Virus genome (UHGV): UHGV-1605165
Reading direction: 5' to 3' (one strand)
Length of the DNA stretch: 19,376 nt
Source: a virus
Under the pieces are notes generated by a model. It was given only the letters and a program-made list of their open reading frames with translations, did not search any database and was not told the origin of the DNA. The position numbers were made by a program, and so were the translations under genes. Positions 7,701 through 15,812 of this stretch are shown one piece after another. Each line of letters starts with the position of its first letter. Position 1 is the first letter of the stretch.

Positions 7701-8840
7701 TTAACCAAGAATCAGACAACCATGTGCCGGCTTCACTGATGAAACACCCCATGCCAGTCCAACTTCATAGCGCACCTGGCGATACTGACGATACAGTGCA
7801 ATCTGGAACGTAATCCCTGAAATCGGGTCCGTAACATTCATTACATCATCAGCATTATCGCCACCTTCCGGCATTGCCGGAGTACGGGATGCCAGCAGAA
7901 ACGCGTTGCGATCAAACGCCATATTTGCAGTAAAGGCCCCAACAACTGTGATGGCAGTATCATCGGCCAGATCCTGACGCAGTCCGGGCGCTGCAAGAGT
8001 AATCAGATTGCTGGTCGCTGCTGCCACAACATACTGATTCGGATCACCAGCGAACGTAACAATCTGACCTGCAGAAATACTCCCCGAACCAGTATCAATG
8101 GAAATAAGAACATCGCCTTCTTTTTTCTCTCCATTCACGAGATAACCAGTTGCAGCAACCTTTGGCGCTCGTTTCACACCTGCCGAACTGTGAATATTGA
8201 ATCCCTCCAGACGCCCCAACACGCCCTCACGCAGTAGCTGTTCAGTGCCGGATTCATTCACTTTAAACAATACAGACTGTTTTCCGCGCAAATTAGCAAT
8301 GGCAGTGGAGCCAAGCACCATCTGCAGATCGGTTGTCGGTGCGCCGTTATCCTCCAGAACCTGACGAGCCAGAGCAGCATCAGAAAGATCATCTTTAACA
8401 CCAAACGGCGTTGTCCCTGCGGTTCCCACGGCGCGGGAAGCACCGAAATACAACGCACCAAGATCAGCCTCAACCTCGTTTGCAAGGGCGCGAAAAGCCT
8501 GCTTGAACTGATCAGCCAGAATGGTGTTGTAAGTCCCTGAAGGACCAAGAGCCAGTTGTTCTTCACCATTCCATTTAACCGGTGCCATTTTGGATTTAGT
8601 AATTTTTACATCAACAGTGCCAATATTTTGATCACCGGTATTCGGAGCTGACGGCCCCGGTACGATATCTTCGGTTTTCGCCTCAGGCGCAACTGGCGCG
8701 GTTACCGTCTGATCTTTTGCTGCGGCGTCAGCTTTTGCGTTTTTTGCTACCGCAGGGATAAAACCTACCTGCTCACGGGATACAACATCCAGGGCGGTAT
8801 AAATAGTCGGGATCAACCCGGTCAGGGTATTTCCAGCCAT
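7701..8840 (-). CDS. major capsid (coat) protein, P22-coat-like
   Basis: Likely start ATG 8840 (MAGNTLTGLIPTIYTAL..., AAGGA upstream) rather than the track start 8933. ~379 aa; position after scaffold and gene order TerS-TerL-portal-scaffold-coat suggest a P22-type module; followed by a terminator. Confidence 0.75.
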   Translation of the reverse strand: MAGNTLTGLIPTIYTALDVVSREQVGFIPAVAKNAKADAAAKDQTVTAPVAPEAKTEDIVPGPSAPNTGDQNIGTVDVKITKSKMAPVKWNGEEQLALGPSGTYNTILADQFKQAFRALANEVEADLGALYFGASRAVGTAGTTPFGVKDDLSDAALARQVLEDNGAPTTDLQMVLGSTAIANLRGKQSVLFKVNESGTEQLLREGVLGRLEGFNIHSSAGVKRAPKVAATGYLVNGEKKEGDVLISIDTGSGSISAGQIVTFAGDPNQYVVAAATSNLITLAAPGLRQDLADDTAITVVGAFTANMAFDRNAFLLASRTPAMPEGGDNADDVMNVTDPISGITFQIALYRQYRQVRYEVGLAWGVSSVKPAHGCLILG

Positions 8841-8938
8841 AATTAAATATTCCTTAAAAATTTGCGTAATTGTGAATAGATGGAGTAATGAGCTATCCAG
8901 CCCTGACACCAGCTCCCATCCGGAAGCTGACAAATGTG

Positions 8939-9703
8939 TTAATCAACGATTGTGATACCGTCTTTCAATGCGTTTTGCTTACCTGCAACATCCAGTGCAT
9001 CAAAAGCAGAGCGTTTCATCGTTTTCTGACCAATATCATGCTGTGTCGGACGGGAGCCGCCGCCATTGTTGCCACTGGCTTTCAGGATGTAGTCTTTCTG
9101 AGGGTAATTTTCGACAAGGAACTCCAGCGCCTCATCAAACTGCGCCAGTTCGCCAGGCTTCGCGCGGGAATAAATTTTGTTGCCGGAAGCGTCATAAGCA
9201 ACGATCCTCCCTTCTTCCACTTTGAATGCCTGCCCGAAGCGTGATTGTAATAAATCTGCCGGGATCGCAATTTTATCGGCAATATATTTTGAACCCGCAA
9301 AACTACCGCCAATCATAGAATCGTAAAGCTGCTTCTCCAGCATCTGAGAGCGTTGCTTTTCTTCATCTAATTGCTGCTGAAAATTTTTCGTAATTTCTGC
9401 CTTAACCTGGTCAACCTGTCCCGCATCGAGCAGCTTTTTCTGGTCGATTTTTGACAGCATTTCCAGTGCCTCGATCGCCTTCTTCGGGTCTTCGATAGCG
9501 GCAAACTTAGCCAGTTTTTCCTCTGCAGCTTCTTTAGCCAGGCGATGATTTTTTGCCTCGCTATTAAGCTCTGTAATTTTTTTTGTCGCCAGCGGTGCAT
9601 CGAAGCCAATTTCTTTACCATCGTCGTGCACATAAACTGGCAGGCCAGCAGTATCAATTTCTGCGTATTGTTTTCCGTTAATCTCGACCGTTTTCAGTTT
9701 CAT
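8939..9703 (-). CDS. scaffolding protein (putative)
   Basis: Real start most likely ATG 9703 (MKLKTVEINGKQYAEID...), because the track's extended start at 9775 would read through a terminator hairpin. Glu/Lys-rich helical middle region (AKEAAEEKLAKFAAIEDPKKAIEALEMLSKIDQKKLL); position between head morphogenesis and coat. Confidence 0.55.
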   Translation of the reverse strand: MKLKTVEINGKQYAEIDTAGLPVYVHDDGKEIGFDAPLATKKITELNSEAKNHRLAKEAAEEKLAKFAAIEDPKKAIEALEMLSKIDQKKLLDAGQVDQVKAEITKNFQQQLDEEKQRSQMLEKQLYDSMIGGSFAGSKYIADKIAIPADLLQSRFGQAFKVEEGRIVAYDASGNKIYSRAKPGELAQFDEALEFLVENYPQKDYILKASGNNGGGSRPTQHDIGQKTMKRSAFDALDVAGKQNALKDGITIVD

Positions 9704-9760
9704 ATTAGTACCTGGTTTAAGTCTTCCGACAGTTACGCTGCTCACCATCCGGATCGCAGC

Positions 9761-9788
9761 AATAAAAAAGGCCACCCGAAGGTAGCCT
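9761..9788 (-). terminator. intrinsic terminator between head-morphogenesis and scaffold genes
   Basis: Minus-strand RNA: AGGCUACC-UUCG-GGUGGCCU (8-bp stem with one U-G wobble, UUCG loop) followed by UUUUUUAUU. On the plus strand the same stem has a C-A mismatch, so it is oriented with late transcription. Confidence 0.6.
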
Positions 9789-9807
9789 GTTGTAATAAAT
9801 GATTTAT

Positions 9808-10923
9808 TTAAATCCCTGCTTTTCTGAATACCTGTGCATCACGCTCACGGAGCTGCTTCAGCGTCAGCCATTCGCCTTTATCGGTGTAAAATTCATCTGG
9901 CGACATACCACCATCCCGAATCAGCTTTGCTCGGGTTTCCCCCACAATCTGTTTTTGTCTGGTGTAAGGCTGACGCAAAAACCATTCCCTGTAGGTTGTA
10001 TCTCCGGCCACCACGCCATCCATGCTGGCCCGCTCAGCCGGGGAAATATCGCGAACATCAATACCCAGTTCCTTCGCTGATTTCAGAATGAACGTTTCCG
10101 TTGAGCGGCAGCAGAAATGAATTTTTCCCGGCCCCTGCAAATAAGGCACGCTGTGACCTACAGGTTTATTATTCAGCGTATATTTGAGGCGATCCCTGAT
10201 TCGACATTGTGGCGTAGTACGATTATCAAGCGTTGATAACCATTGCTTACCCTTAATCAAATCATTATTCGCGCTGGCAAAACTCTCACGGGCAGTAGCA
10301 GCAAGATGTCCAACCGCTGTTTTTGCAATGCTGGCCGCATTAGCCCGGCTCATCTGCAATGCACCATCCTGAAATCCCTTACTGACATGTCCCCGAATTT
10401 TTCTTGCGATCTGCTCATTGGTATCCCCCAGCAAAAAACCCTGACGCACTGTATTTGTTATGCGTCTGAGCCGATCCGCCTCAAGATCTGAGGCCCACTC
10501 ACTGAGCAGTCGTCCCTGAAATGGTCGCGCCATTGCAGCGGCATAAAGTGCATCAGGAGAGATACCAACCAGAGGGTGAACATCAGCAACAAAATCAGGT
10601 AGCATAGAATCAAACAGACTTAACTGATAACCAGCCTCATAAATTGCCAGCTCGTTCAGCTCTCCGGAGAGACTGGTAAACATGCTGTTAATAGCAGTGC
10701 GGTTAACCTCTCTGACGCTCGCCAGAAGTGACTCCAGGCGCTTAACGGTAAAACTACCTGGATCGAGGCTGTCCAGTGCTATCAGCAGGCGAGCAGTAAG
10801 TTCCGCATCGCTGTCATTCAGTATTTTCACCATTCTGGCAGCCACGCCAGTGCTATAGCGGGATATCCAGACTGCATGAGCAATTGATTCATCACGCAGC
10901 CGTTCATTCACGGTTTGCATCAT
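9808..10923 (-). CDS. head morphogenesis protein (Mu F / SPP1 gp7-like minor head protein)
   Basis: 371 aa directly downstream of the portal with a 20-nt overlap, the conserved position of this family; ATG 10923. Confidence 0.65.
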   Translation of the reverse strand: MMQTVNERLRDESIAHAVWISRYSTGVAARMVKILNDSDAELTARLLIALDSLDPGSFTVKRLESLLASVREVNRTAINSMFTSLSGELNELAIYEAGYQLSLFDSMLPDFVADVHPLVGISPDALYAAAMARPFQGRLLSEWASDLEADRLRRITNTVRQGFLLGDTNEQIARKIRGHVSKGFQDGALQMSRANAASIAKTAVGHLAATARESFASANNDLIKGKQWLSTLDNRTTPQCRIRDRLKYTLNNKPVGHSVPYLQGPGKIHFCCRSTETFILKSAKELGIDVRDISPAERASMDGVVAGDTTYREWFLRQPYTRQKQIVGETRAKLIRDGGMSPDEFYTDKGEWLTLKQLRERDAQVFRKAGI

Positions 10924-12310
10924 TGATTTCCATCAGCATTACACTCTGATTTTTTAATTCATCGATCACTTCCTCTGGACGGGAATCCTGATCGATAAAT
11001 TTCAACGCCTGCAACACCCGAATCGCATCAATCTGACGTATATCACCGCCCTGACGCAATGACTGAACAGCCAGCGCGGAGGATGAGTCAAACACCTGGG
11101 CAGATACATCCAGTTCAGTGCGCACATCCACATTGCCACCGCAACTCTCTCCGATCCATTCCGCCATTATCTGGAGAATATTATCGAGGGCATCTTCGAG
11201 GGAGTTCGCCATTGTATAAAGCGGCGAGTTTTCCTGCATTCGCTCTTCATTAGTCTGATCAACAGATTTGGTGGATGTATTTTCAGCACGCAGAAGTTTA
11301 GCGCCGGCATGACGCATCTGATTTTCCAGCTTCTCAAGTGATGTTTCGCCAGATTCTATCGCTGCGCCACTATGTTCAACATATTCGAGGCCATTTTTTG
11401 TTCTGTCCTCAAAAATCGTAGCGGTGGATGCACCAACCGTCAGTTCTTCATTCCTGTCCAGCCCGTAGGCCACCAGCAATGGAACGCGGGCAACATGAAG
11501 AATATTGTCCTGCTCGCTCTGGCTTTGCCAGTGCTTGATATTCAGCAAGCCAAGATTAAGCAATGGCGGTGTACCACGCATAAATCCTGTTTTCTTCGTG
11601 TACAGTGTTACCAGAGGAATATCATCACGGCTGGTATTCCATGACTCATGAAGCGTCCAGACAGATTCGCCATTAGTGCCTTCGCTACGTCGATAAATTT
11701 CAACTCGACGGGGCATAATATGGCGGATCTGCTCCACCTTCTTCTGCCCGAAATCATCACCATCAATAATGATGACCTCTTTTATACGCAAATCAGTGAG
11801 AACAACTTTCCCTTTTTCAACTTTCGATTTCCATCCAATAACCTGGCGTGGATTCAGCATCGTAACGTACGGACGACTACCGGCCGCGTTTTCATCGGCT
11901 TTTGTCCGAATCTCTTTCATATCCGTTCGTGGATAGTCCACCAGCGCATGTGCCACACCATACTGAAATGCGAGGCTGAAAAATTGCTGCGCCCACACAT
12001 CCAGTCGGCTCCCCTCCATGTCGATATTTTCTGCATATTCCCTGATTTTTGCCGGCGTTTCCTCACTCAATACTGTCGGCTCTGCAAATATGCGCCCAAT
12101 ATTTTGCTTGATGCTTTCTTCATACACAGGAAGTAGCGTAGCCACAGACAGGCGTTTTTTATAAGCGTCTTCATCTTCGTTAGGCCATTTTGGGAGATAA
12201 TTTTCCCCCTGCCTGCGCATTTCAAGCGTACCGCCCATCAGTGCGTCGTTAATATCCCACGCCTCCAGCATATCGTTATAGTCGAGGTTGGGTGTTGATA
12301 TATCAGCCAT
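10904..12310 (-). CDS. portal protein
   Basis: 468 aa immediately downstream of TerL (stop TAA 12315..12313, ATG 12310); size and position typical of a portal. Confidence 0.75.
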   Translation of the reverse strand: MADISTPNLDYNDMLEAWDINDALMGGTLEMRRQGENYLPKWPNEDEDAYKKRLSVATLLPVYEESIKQNIGRIFAEPTVLSEETPAKIREYAENIDMEGSRLDVWAQQFFSLAFQYGVAHALVDYPRTDMKEIRTKADENAAGSRPYVTMLNPRQVIGWKSKVEKGKVVLTDLRIKEVIIIDGDDFGQKKVEQIRHIMPRRVEIYRRSEGTNGESVWTLHESWNTSRDDIPLVTLYTKKTGFMRGTPPLLNLGLLNIKHWQSQSEQDNILHVARVPLLVAYGLDRNEELTVGASTATIFEDRTKNGLEYVEHSGAAIESGETSLEKLENQMRHAGAKLLRAENTSTKSVDQTNEERMQENSPLYTMANSLEDALDNILQIMAEWIGESCGGNVDVRTELDVSAQVFDSSSALAVQSLRQGGDIRQIDAIRVLQALKFIDQDSRPEEVIDELKNQSVMLMEINDANRE

Positions 12311-12312
12311 AA

Positions 12313-13620
12313 TTAAATCCGAAGTGATGTGACTCTTCCGGTCGGTTTGACAATAGGGAATTGCTTAACGATGAAATAACCTCCGGCATCATTCGGGTGA
12401 TCATTGCCAGATTTTTTATCAGGCTCCCCCTTCTCATCCCAGACCTGTTGCTCCAGAGATTCGGCATATAACGGGCAACGCTTCACATTAACTTTATAGC
12501 GACGCTCACCATTGGCATTGCAGAACATTGCATTCATTGAGTTAACGCGATCTTTTACTGGCGGGTTCGAGCTGTTCACCACAACGTTAAAACCAGCCTG
12601 CTTAAGCTGGGCTATATCCGTCGTACTTGCGTTACTTGATTTTCTGGAATCCCCGGAAGCATCTGGATAAATATAAATTTCCCTCACTTTCCGGTAATCA
12701 TTCCCATCATACAGCCAGAAGCGTTCTTTAATGATGCGGATCATATCCGGCGTATCGTAGGCATTGATGATTTCAGTTACCGCACATGGAAGCCCCAAAC
12801 GCAGCACATGGACGATTCCCGCCATCTTTCCAACGTTAAAATCCATCCCAATATAAATCGGCTCCCCTGGCTGCTCCACTTCTTCGCAATTATTCAGTTT
12901 CCGGTCAAACTGATGGTAAACAGTACCACTTGTCAGGTTAGTAAACTGTCCTCGCAGATAGGCTTTAATCAGCTCTGGAGGGTATGATTCAAGAAGCGAA
13001 GGAATGTAATCTGCTGGCAGGTTCTTTTCATTATCGAAAGTAGATGCCTGCACCAGACCATACAGTGAGGCCAGCTCTGTTTTTTCACGCACGGCTTTAA
13101 CAAACTGCTCGTAGACAAATTTGAATCCTTCCGGCGTGGTTGTAACGTCAATACCGTTGCGAAGTCCATCAATCTTATAACGCATACGCGCAATTATCTT
13201 GCGCCACGCCGTTCTGGCTTTTTCCTTCGGCAAAATGTCCAGTTCATCCACCAACGCATTACCAATTTTGAAACCGACGATCGTTTGTGGCTTCTCCATC
13301 GATCTGCAGATAGTGGTTCCCCGATACTGGCGTCCGTAATAAAAGTGAACCTCTTTATTTCCCTCATTAATTTTTACGTTCAATCCCCAGTCAGCAGCAA
13401 CTTCTTCCACTGTAGGGTAAAAAATATCGCGAATTTGGGGATACGTTGGCGCAAAATATCCCTGATTTATACCTGGATGCTCCCAAATCCCCTTGCATAT
13501 GCCGCCACACCCAACCCATGTTTTGCCCGAGCCAAAACCAGCAATATAGGCTTTAAATTTATGGGGCATTGAAAGAAATCGCGCCTGAGGCACATTAAGC
13601 GTCGGAGAGATCATCTTCAT
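12313..13620 (-). CDS. terminase large subunit
   Basis: Walker A ATPase motif GFGSGKT near the N-terminus; ~435 aa; start probably ATG 13620 or 13614 (AAGGAG upstream), overlapping the TerS 3' end. Confidence 0.85.
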   Translation of the reverse strand: MKMISPTLNVPQARFLSMPHKFKAYIAGFGSGKTWVGCGGICKGIWEHPGINQGYFAPTYPQIRDIFYPTVEEVAADWGLNVKINEGNKEVHFYYGRQYRGTTICRSMEKPQTIVGFKIGNALVDELDILPKEKARTAWRKIIARMRYKIDGLRNGIDVTTTPEGFKFVYEQFVKAVREKTELASLYGLVQASTFDNEKNLPADYIPSLLESYPPELIKAYLRGQFTNLTSGTVYHQFDRKLNNCEEVEQPGEPIYIGMDFNVGKMAGIVHVLRLGLPCAVTEIINAYDTPDMIRIIKERFWLYDGNDYRKVREIYIYPDASGDSRKSSNASTTDIAQLKQAGFNVVVNSSNPPVKDRVNSMNAMFCNANGERRYKVNVKRCPLYAESLEQQVWDEKGEPDKKSGNDHPNDAGGYFIVKQFPIVKPTGRVTSLRI

Positions 13621-14689
13621 CACTCCTTACTCTGGCATCAACCACATTAATATTGATCGCCACAGGCTGGGGATGTTCATTATCTTCCACCGTTTCGATC
13701 TCTTTGCGCAGCTTCTGGTTTTCCATTCTGCGCCGTTCAATTTCCAGTTCCTGTAGCCGCTTATCTGCACATAAAGCCCCGCCAGCAGAAAGCAAACGCA
13801 ACAATTCACGCCGGGCGGCAGCCTTATCCTCCAGCAGGATCTCAACGCCGAATTTTCCGAATTTTGCCCCTGCATATAATTGCCGCGCATCCCCATCAAG
13901 CAGAGTGGTATCAGCCATATAAAGCTGTCCCGTTCCCTCACCGCAGCACTTCGGGCAGTCCGGATTGGGTATGGCGTTATCAACAAAGCCGAGGCCTCCA
14001 TATTCCGGTTCGGGTTTGCCATCTCTGGAAGCCTGCGCCGCTGCCTTGTCGAATTCTGCTATATCGCGCCACTGGTAGAGATGATTCTCGCCCCAGCAAT
14101 AACGGCAGTTAACACGGCGAAATTGTGCAAGCTGATTGGGGTCGGCCAGGACAATGGCCATCAACTGACTCACTAGTAAATCCAGGTCTGCGGTATAGCG
14201 TTTCTGGTACTGATTGCGGAAGTAGCTGATAGCGCGAAAAACCCTGGCATTTCTAAGCATACGACTGGCGTTGCTGTTAGCTGTCGCACCTTGCCCCTCA
14301 TAACCGGCTAGTCGGTACGCCTCTGTCGGCTTTTTACCCTGAGCAACAAGCATCGCAAACTTAGCCTGCTGGTCAGAAATGCCGAATTCATCGGGACAGA
14401 ACGAAAATTCCTCCGCGTCGCCCTCATTCAGGCCCGCATCGAATACTGGCTTTTTTTCCTGAGATTTTTCGTTCCGCTTTTGTGCAGTCTGCGCAGATTT
14501 TTTCTGCGCACTTTTTTGCGCAGTTTTGCGCATTTCTGTCTGCGCATTTTTCGGAGTTTTTTTGATGTAACGACGGGCTGTTGCGTAATTCAGTCCCCTT
14601 GCTTCACACCATGCCACCGGAGATATACCGGAGCGGGTGTATTCAGCAATATACTCCTGCTGCAACGCCCCCCAGTCCGGTCTGCTCAT
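13595..14689 (-). CDS. terminase small subunit (atypically long, 364 aa)
   Basis: Central segment MLVAQGKKPTEAYRLAGYEGQGATANSNASRMLRNARVFRAISYF resembles the TerS HTH (Terminase_2-like). Also has an N-terminal HTH-like segment, a Lys/Gln-rich low-complexity linker and a Cys cluster (CRYC...CPKCC). Directly upstream of TerL. Confidence 0.6.
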   Translation of the reverse strand: MSRPDWGALQQEYIAEYTRSGISPVAWCEARGLNYATARRYIKKTPKNAQTEMRKTAQKSAQKKSAQTAQKRNEKSQEKKPVFDAGLNEGDAEEFSFCPDEFGISDQQAKFAMLVAQGKKPTEAYRLAGYEGQGATANSNASRMLRNARVFRAISYFRNQYQKRYTADLDLLVSQLMAIVLADPNQLAQFRRVNCRYCWGENHLYQWRDIAEFDKAAAQASRDGKPEPEYGGLGFVDNAIPNPDCPKCCGEGTGQLYMADTTLLDGDARQLYAGAKFGKFGVEILLEDKAAARRELLRLLSAGGALCADKRLQELEIERRRMENQKLRKEIETVEDNEHPQPVAININVVDARVRSDEDDLSDA

Positions 14690-14692
14690 CAG

Positions 14693-14944
14693 TTAGTCCT
14701 GATTTTTATCCACCCTGAGTAGTTCGCGCAGAGCAAAGGCATCCCCTTTTCTGGCAAGCTTAAACAATGCCGCTCGTAACTCGGCTTCACCTTTCGCTCT
14801 GCCCTTACGGATGGCCGCATAAAAATCTGTCATTGCTTCCCGATTTTCTTTCAGTCGGTTCAGATCAACATCCAGAACGTCAGCGATTTGTTGTGCAGTC
14901 ATCCGGCACGCTGCCAGAGACTCGACTTTCGAATACGGAATCAT
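14693..14944 (-). CDS. small HTH-like DNA-binding protein (83 aa), translationally coupled to TerS
   Basis: Stop TAA 14695..14693 lies 3 nt before the TerS ATG. QQIADVLDVDLNRL resembles winged-HTH openings such as lambda Nu1 KQLADIFGASIRTI. ATG 14944 has a GGGGG stretch upstream, but the gene overlaps the preceding gene by 65 nt, so the start is uncertain. Confidence 0.4.
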   Translation of the reverse strand: MIPYSKVESLAACRMTAQQIADVLDVDLNRLKENREAMTDFYAAIRKGRAKGEAELRAALFKLARKGDAFALRELLRVDKNQD

Positions 14945-15812
14945 TTGTCACCCCCATTGATATGCAGGGTGTCTTCTTCCTGTATTTTTCGTGAAGGATT
15001 TTTACTGCAGCGTTGTTCCAGGTGACCTGATGGTGAATGCGTTTATGGCTGGCACCCATCAGTGAAATTTTTACGCACGACGGCGCATACATGACGGAGT
15101 AAAAACTTTTAACGTAGGTTCCGGAATCCAGATACAGCTCGGTCATTCCGCCGCTGTTTTTCTGCGTCTGTTTCTGCCCTAACTGGACAGCACCGATCGT
15201 CATAAACAATTCACCACAGCGACCGAGATTCGTGTACGTATTCACATCCTCGTTAATGCGCCCCATGAATGAGAACGGTCGATCAACCGAACAGATAAAG
15301 CTGTTCATTGCCTTGCGTTTCACCCACGAAGCATGGCCGCCATTGTCACCAAGAAAATCCCCGCCCTGCGACATAGCGATGGAAAGAGCAGGTATTGATT
15401 CGTAGTACGCCAGCATTTCAGAAAGGATCGCATCCAGTTTCCTTATCGGAAAATAGGCCTGGTCATAGTTGCGATCCACCCGAAACTGGAACTCGTGATA
15501 ATCATCATCGAGCTGAATGAAGTATTTACACCCGACCAGTTTTGCCAGGTCGAAACAGGCATTACGGGCGTAAAAAATTGAGCGGCGGTCACAGAAATTA
15601 TCGGCTTCGTCAAAACGACTGGCGATATCGGCTTTGGAAAACACCAGCACCTGTTCACCAAATTCAGCCATGTACTGATGCCGTGTCTTATCTTCATCAT
15701 CAACAACGATAAAAATTTTCCCGGTATAGCCAGCACGACGCAACGTCCGGTAAGTCAGAACTTTGTCCGGTCGCCCGTGAGTCAGAATAAAGGCGCAAAA
15801 ATCATCACGCAT
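14880..15812 (-). CDS. GT-A-fold glycosyltransferase-like protein (nucleotide-sugar transferase-like), function unknown
   Basis: Likely start ATG 15812 (MRDDFCAFILTHGRPDK...) preceded by GAGGAGGAGGAA. Motif series CAFILTHGRPD, KIFIVVDDEDKT and YFIQLDDDYHEF follows the GT2/GT-A pattern (beta1, IVVDDxS/T box, DxD). No transmembrane segment evident. Confidence 0.5.
   Translation of the reverse strand: MRDDFCAFILTHGRPDKVLTYRTLRRAGYTGKIFIVVDDEDKTRHQYMAEFGEQVLVFSKADIASRFDEADNFCDRRSIFYARNACFDLAKLVGCKYFIQLDDDYHEFQFRVDRNYDQAYFPIRKLDAILSEMLAYYESIPALSIAMSQGGDFLGDNGGHASWVKRKAMNSFICSVDRPFSFMGRINEDVNTYTNLGRCGELFMTIGAVQLGQKQTQKNSGGMTELYLDSGTYVKSFYSVMYAPSCVKISLMGASHKRIHHQVTWNNAAVKILHEKYRKKTPCISMGVTNDSVFESRVSGSVPDDCTTNR

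Noticed and set aside
8258-8569. Minus-strand 103-aa ORF inside the coat gene
   Set aside because: Alternative frame of the coat gene; Leu/Arg/Trp-rich artefact composition.
8907-8926. Short hairpin CAGCU...AGCUG between scaffold and coat genes
   Set aside because: Only 5-6 bp stem with an 8-10-nt loop and no U-tract; too weak to call.
8841-8933. N-terminal extension of the coat ORF to 8933 (MSASGWELVSG...)
   Set aside because: Extension uses a non-ATG start and lacks a Shine-Dalgarno; ATG 8840 has AAGGA upstream and gives a plausible MAGNTLTGL... N-terminus.
8888-9312. Plus-strand ORFs (8888..9244, 8968..9225) and minus-strand 9082..9312
   Set aside because: Antisense or alternative-frame to the scaffold gene; Cys/Arg-rich translations.
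9367-9657. Highly basic 96-aa minus-strand ORF embedded in the scaffold gene
   Set aside because: Alternative frame of a GAA/AAA-rich coiled-coil coding region, which mechanically yields K/R-rich artefact frames; no start signals.
9704-9775. Scaffold ORF extension to 9775
   Set aside because: Would run through the intrinsic terminator hairpin at 9761..9788; ATG 9703 is the more likely start.
9545-10491. Plus-strand ORFs 9545..9802, 9799..10080, 9834..10091, 10184..10372, 10243..10491
   Set aside because: Antisense to the scaffold and head-morphogenesis genes; no independent support.
11059-12136. Plus-strand ORFs (11059..11253, 11372..11644, 11648..12136) antisense to the portal gene, including a 162-aa one
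   Set aside because: No Shine-Dalgarno or promoter seen; composition atypical (Phe/Asn/Cys-rich); entirely within the portal ORF on the opposite strand.
12969-14176. ORFs 12969..13193(-), 13285..13572(+), 13627..14022(-), 13653..13922(+), 13864..14112(+), 13880..14176(+)
   Set aside because: Alternative-frame or antisense shadows within TerL and TerS.
14480-14994. Plus-strand ORFs 14480..14722 and 14767..14994
   Set aside because: Antisense to TerS and the small HTH gene.
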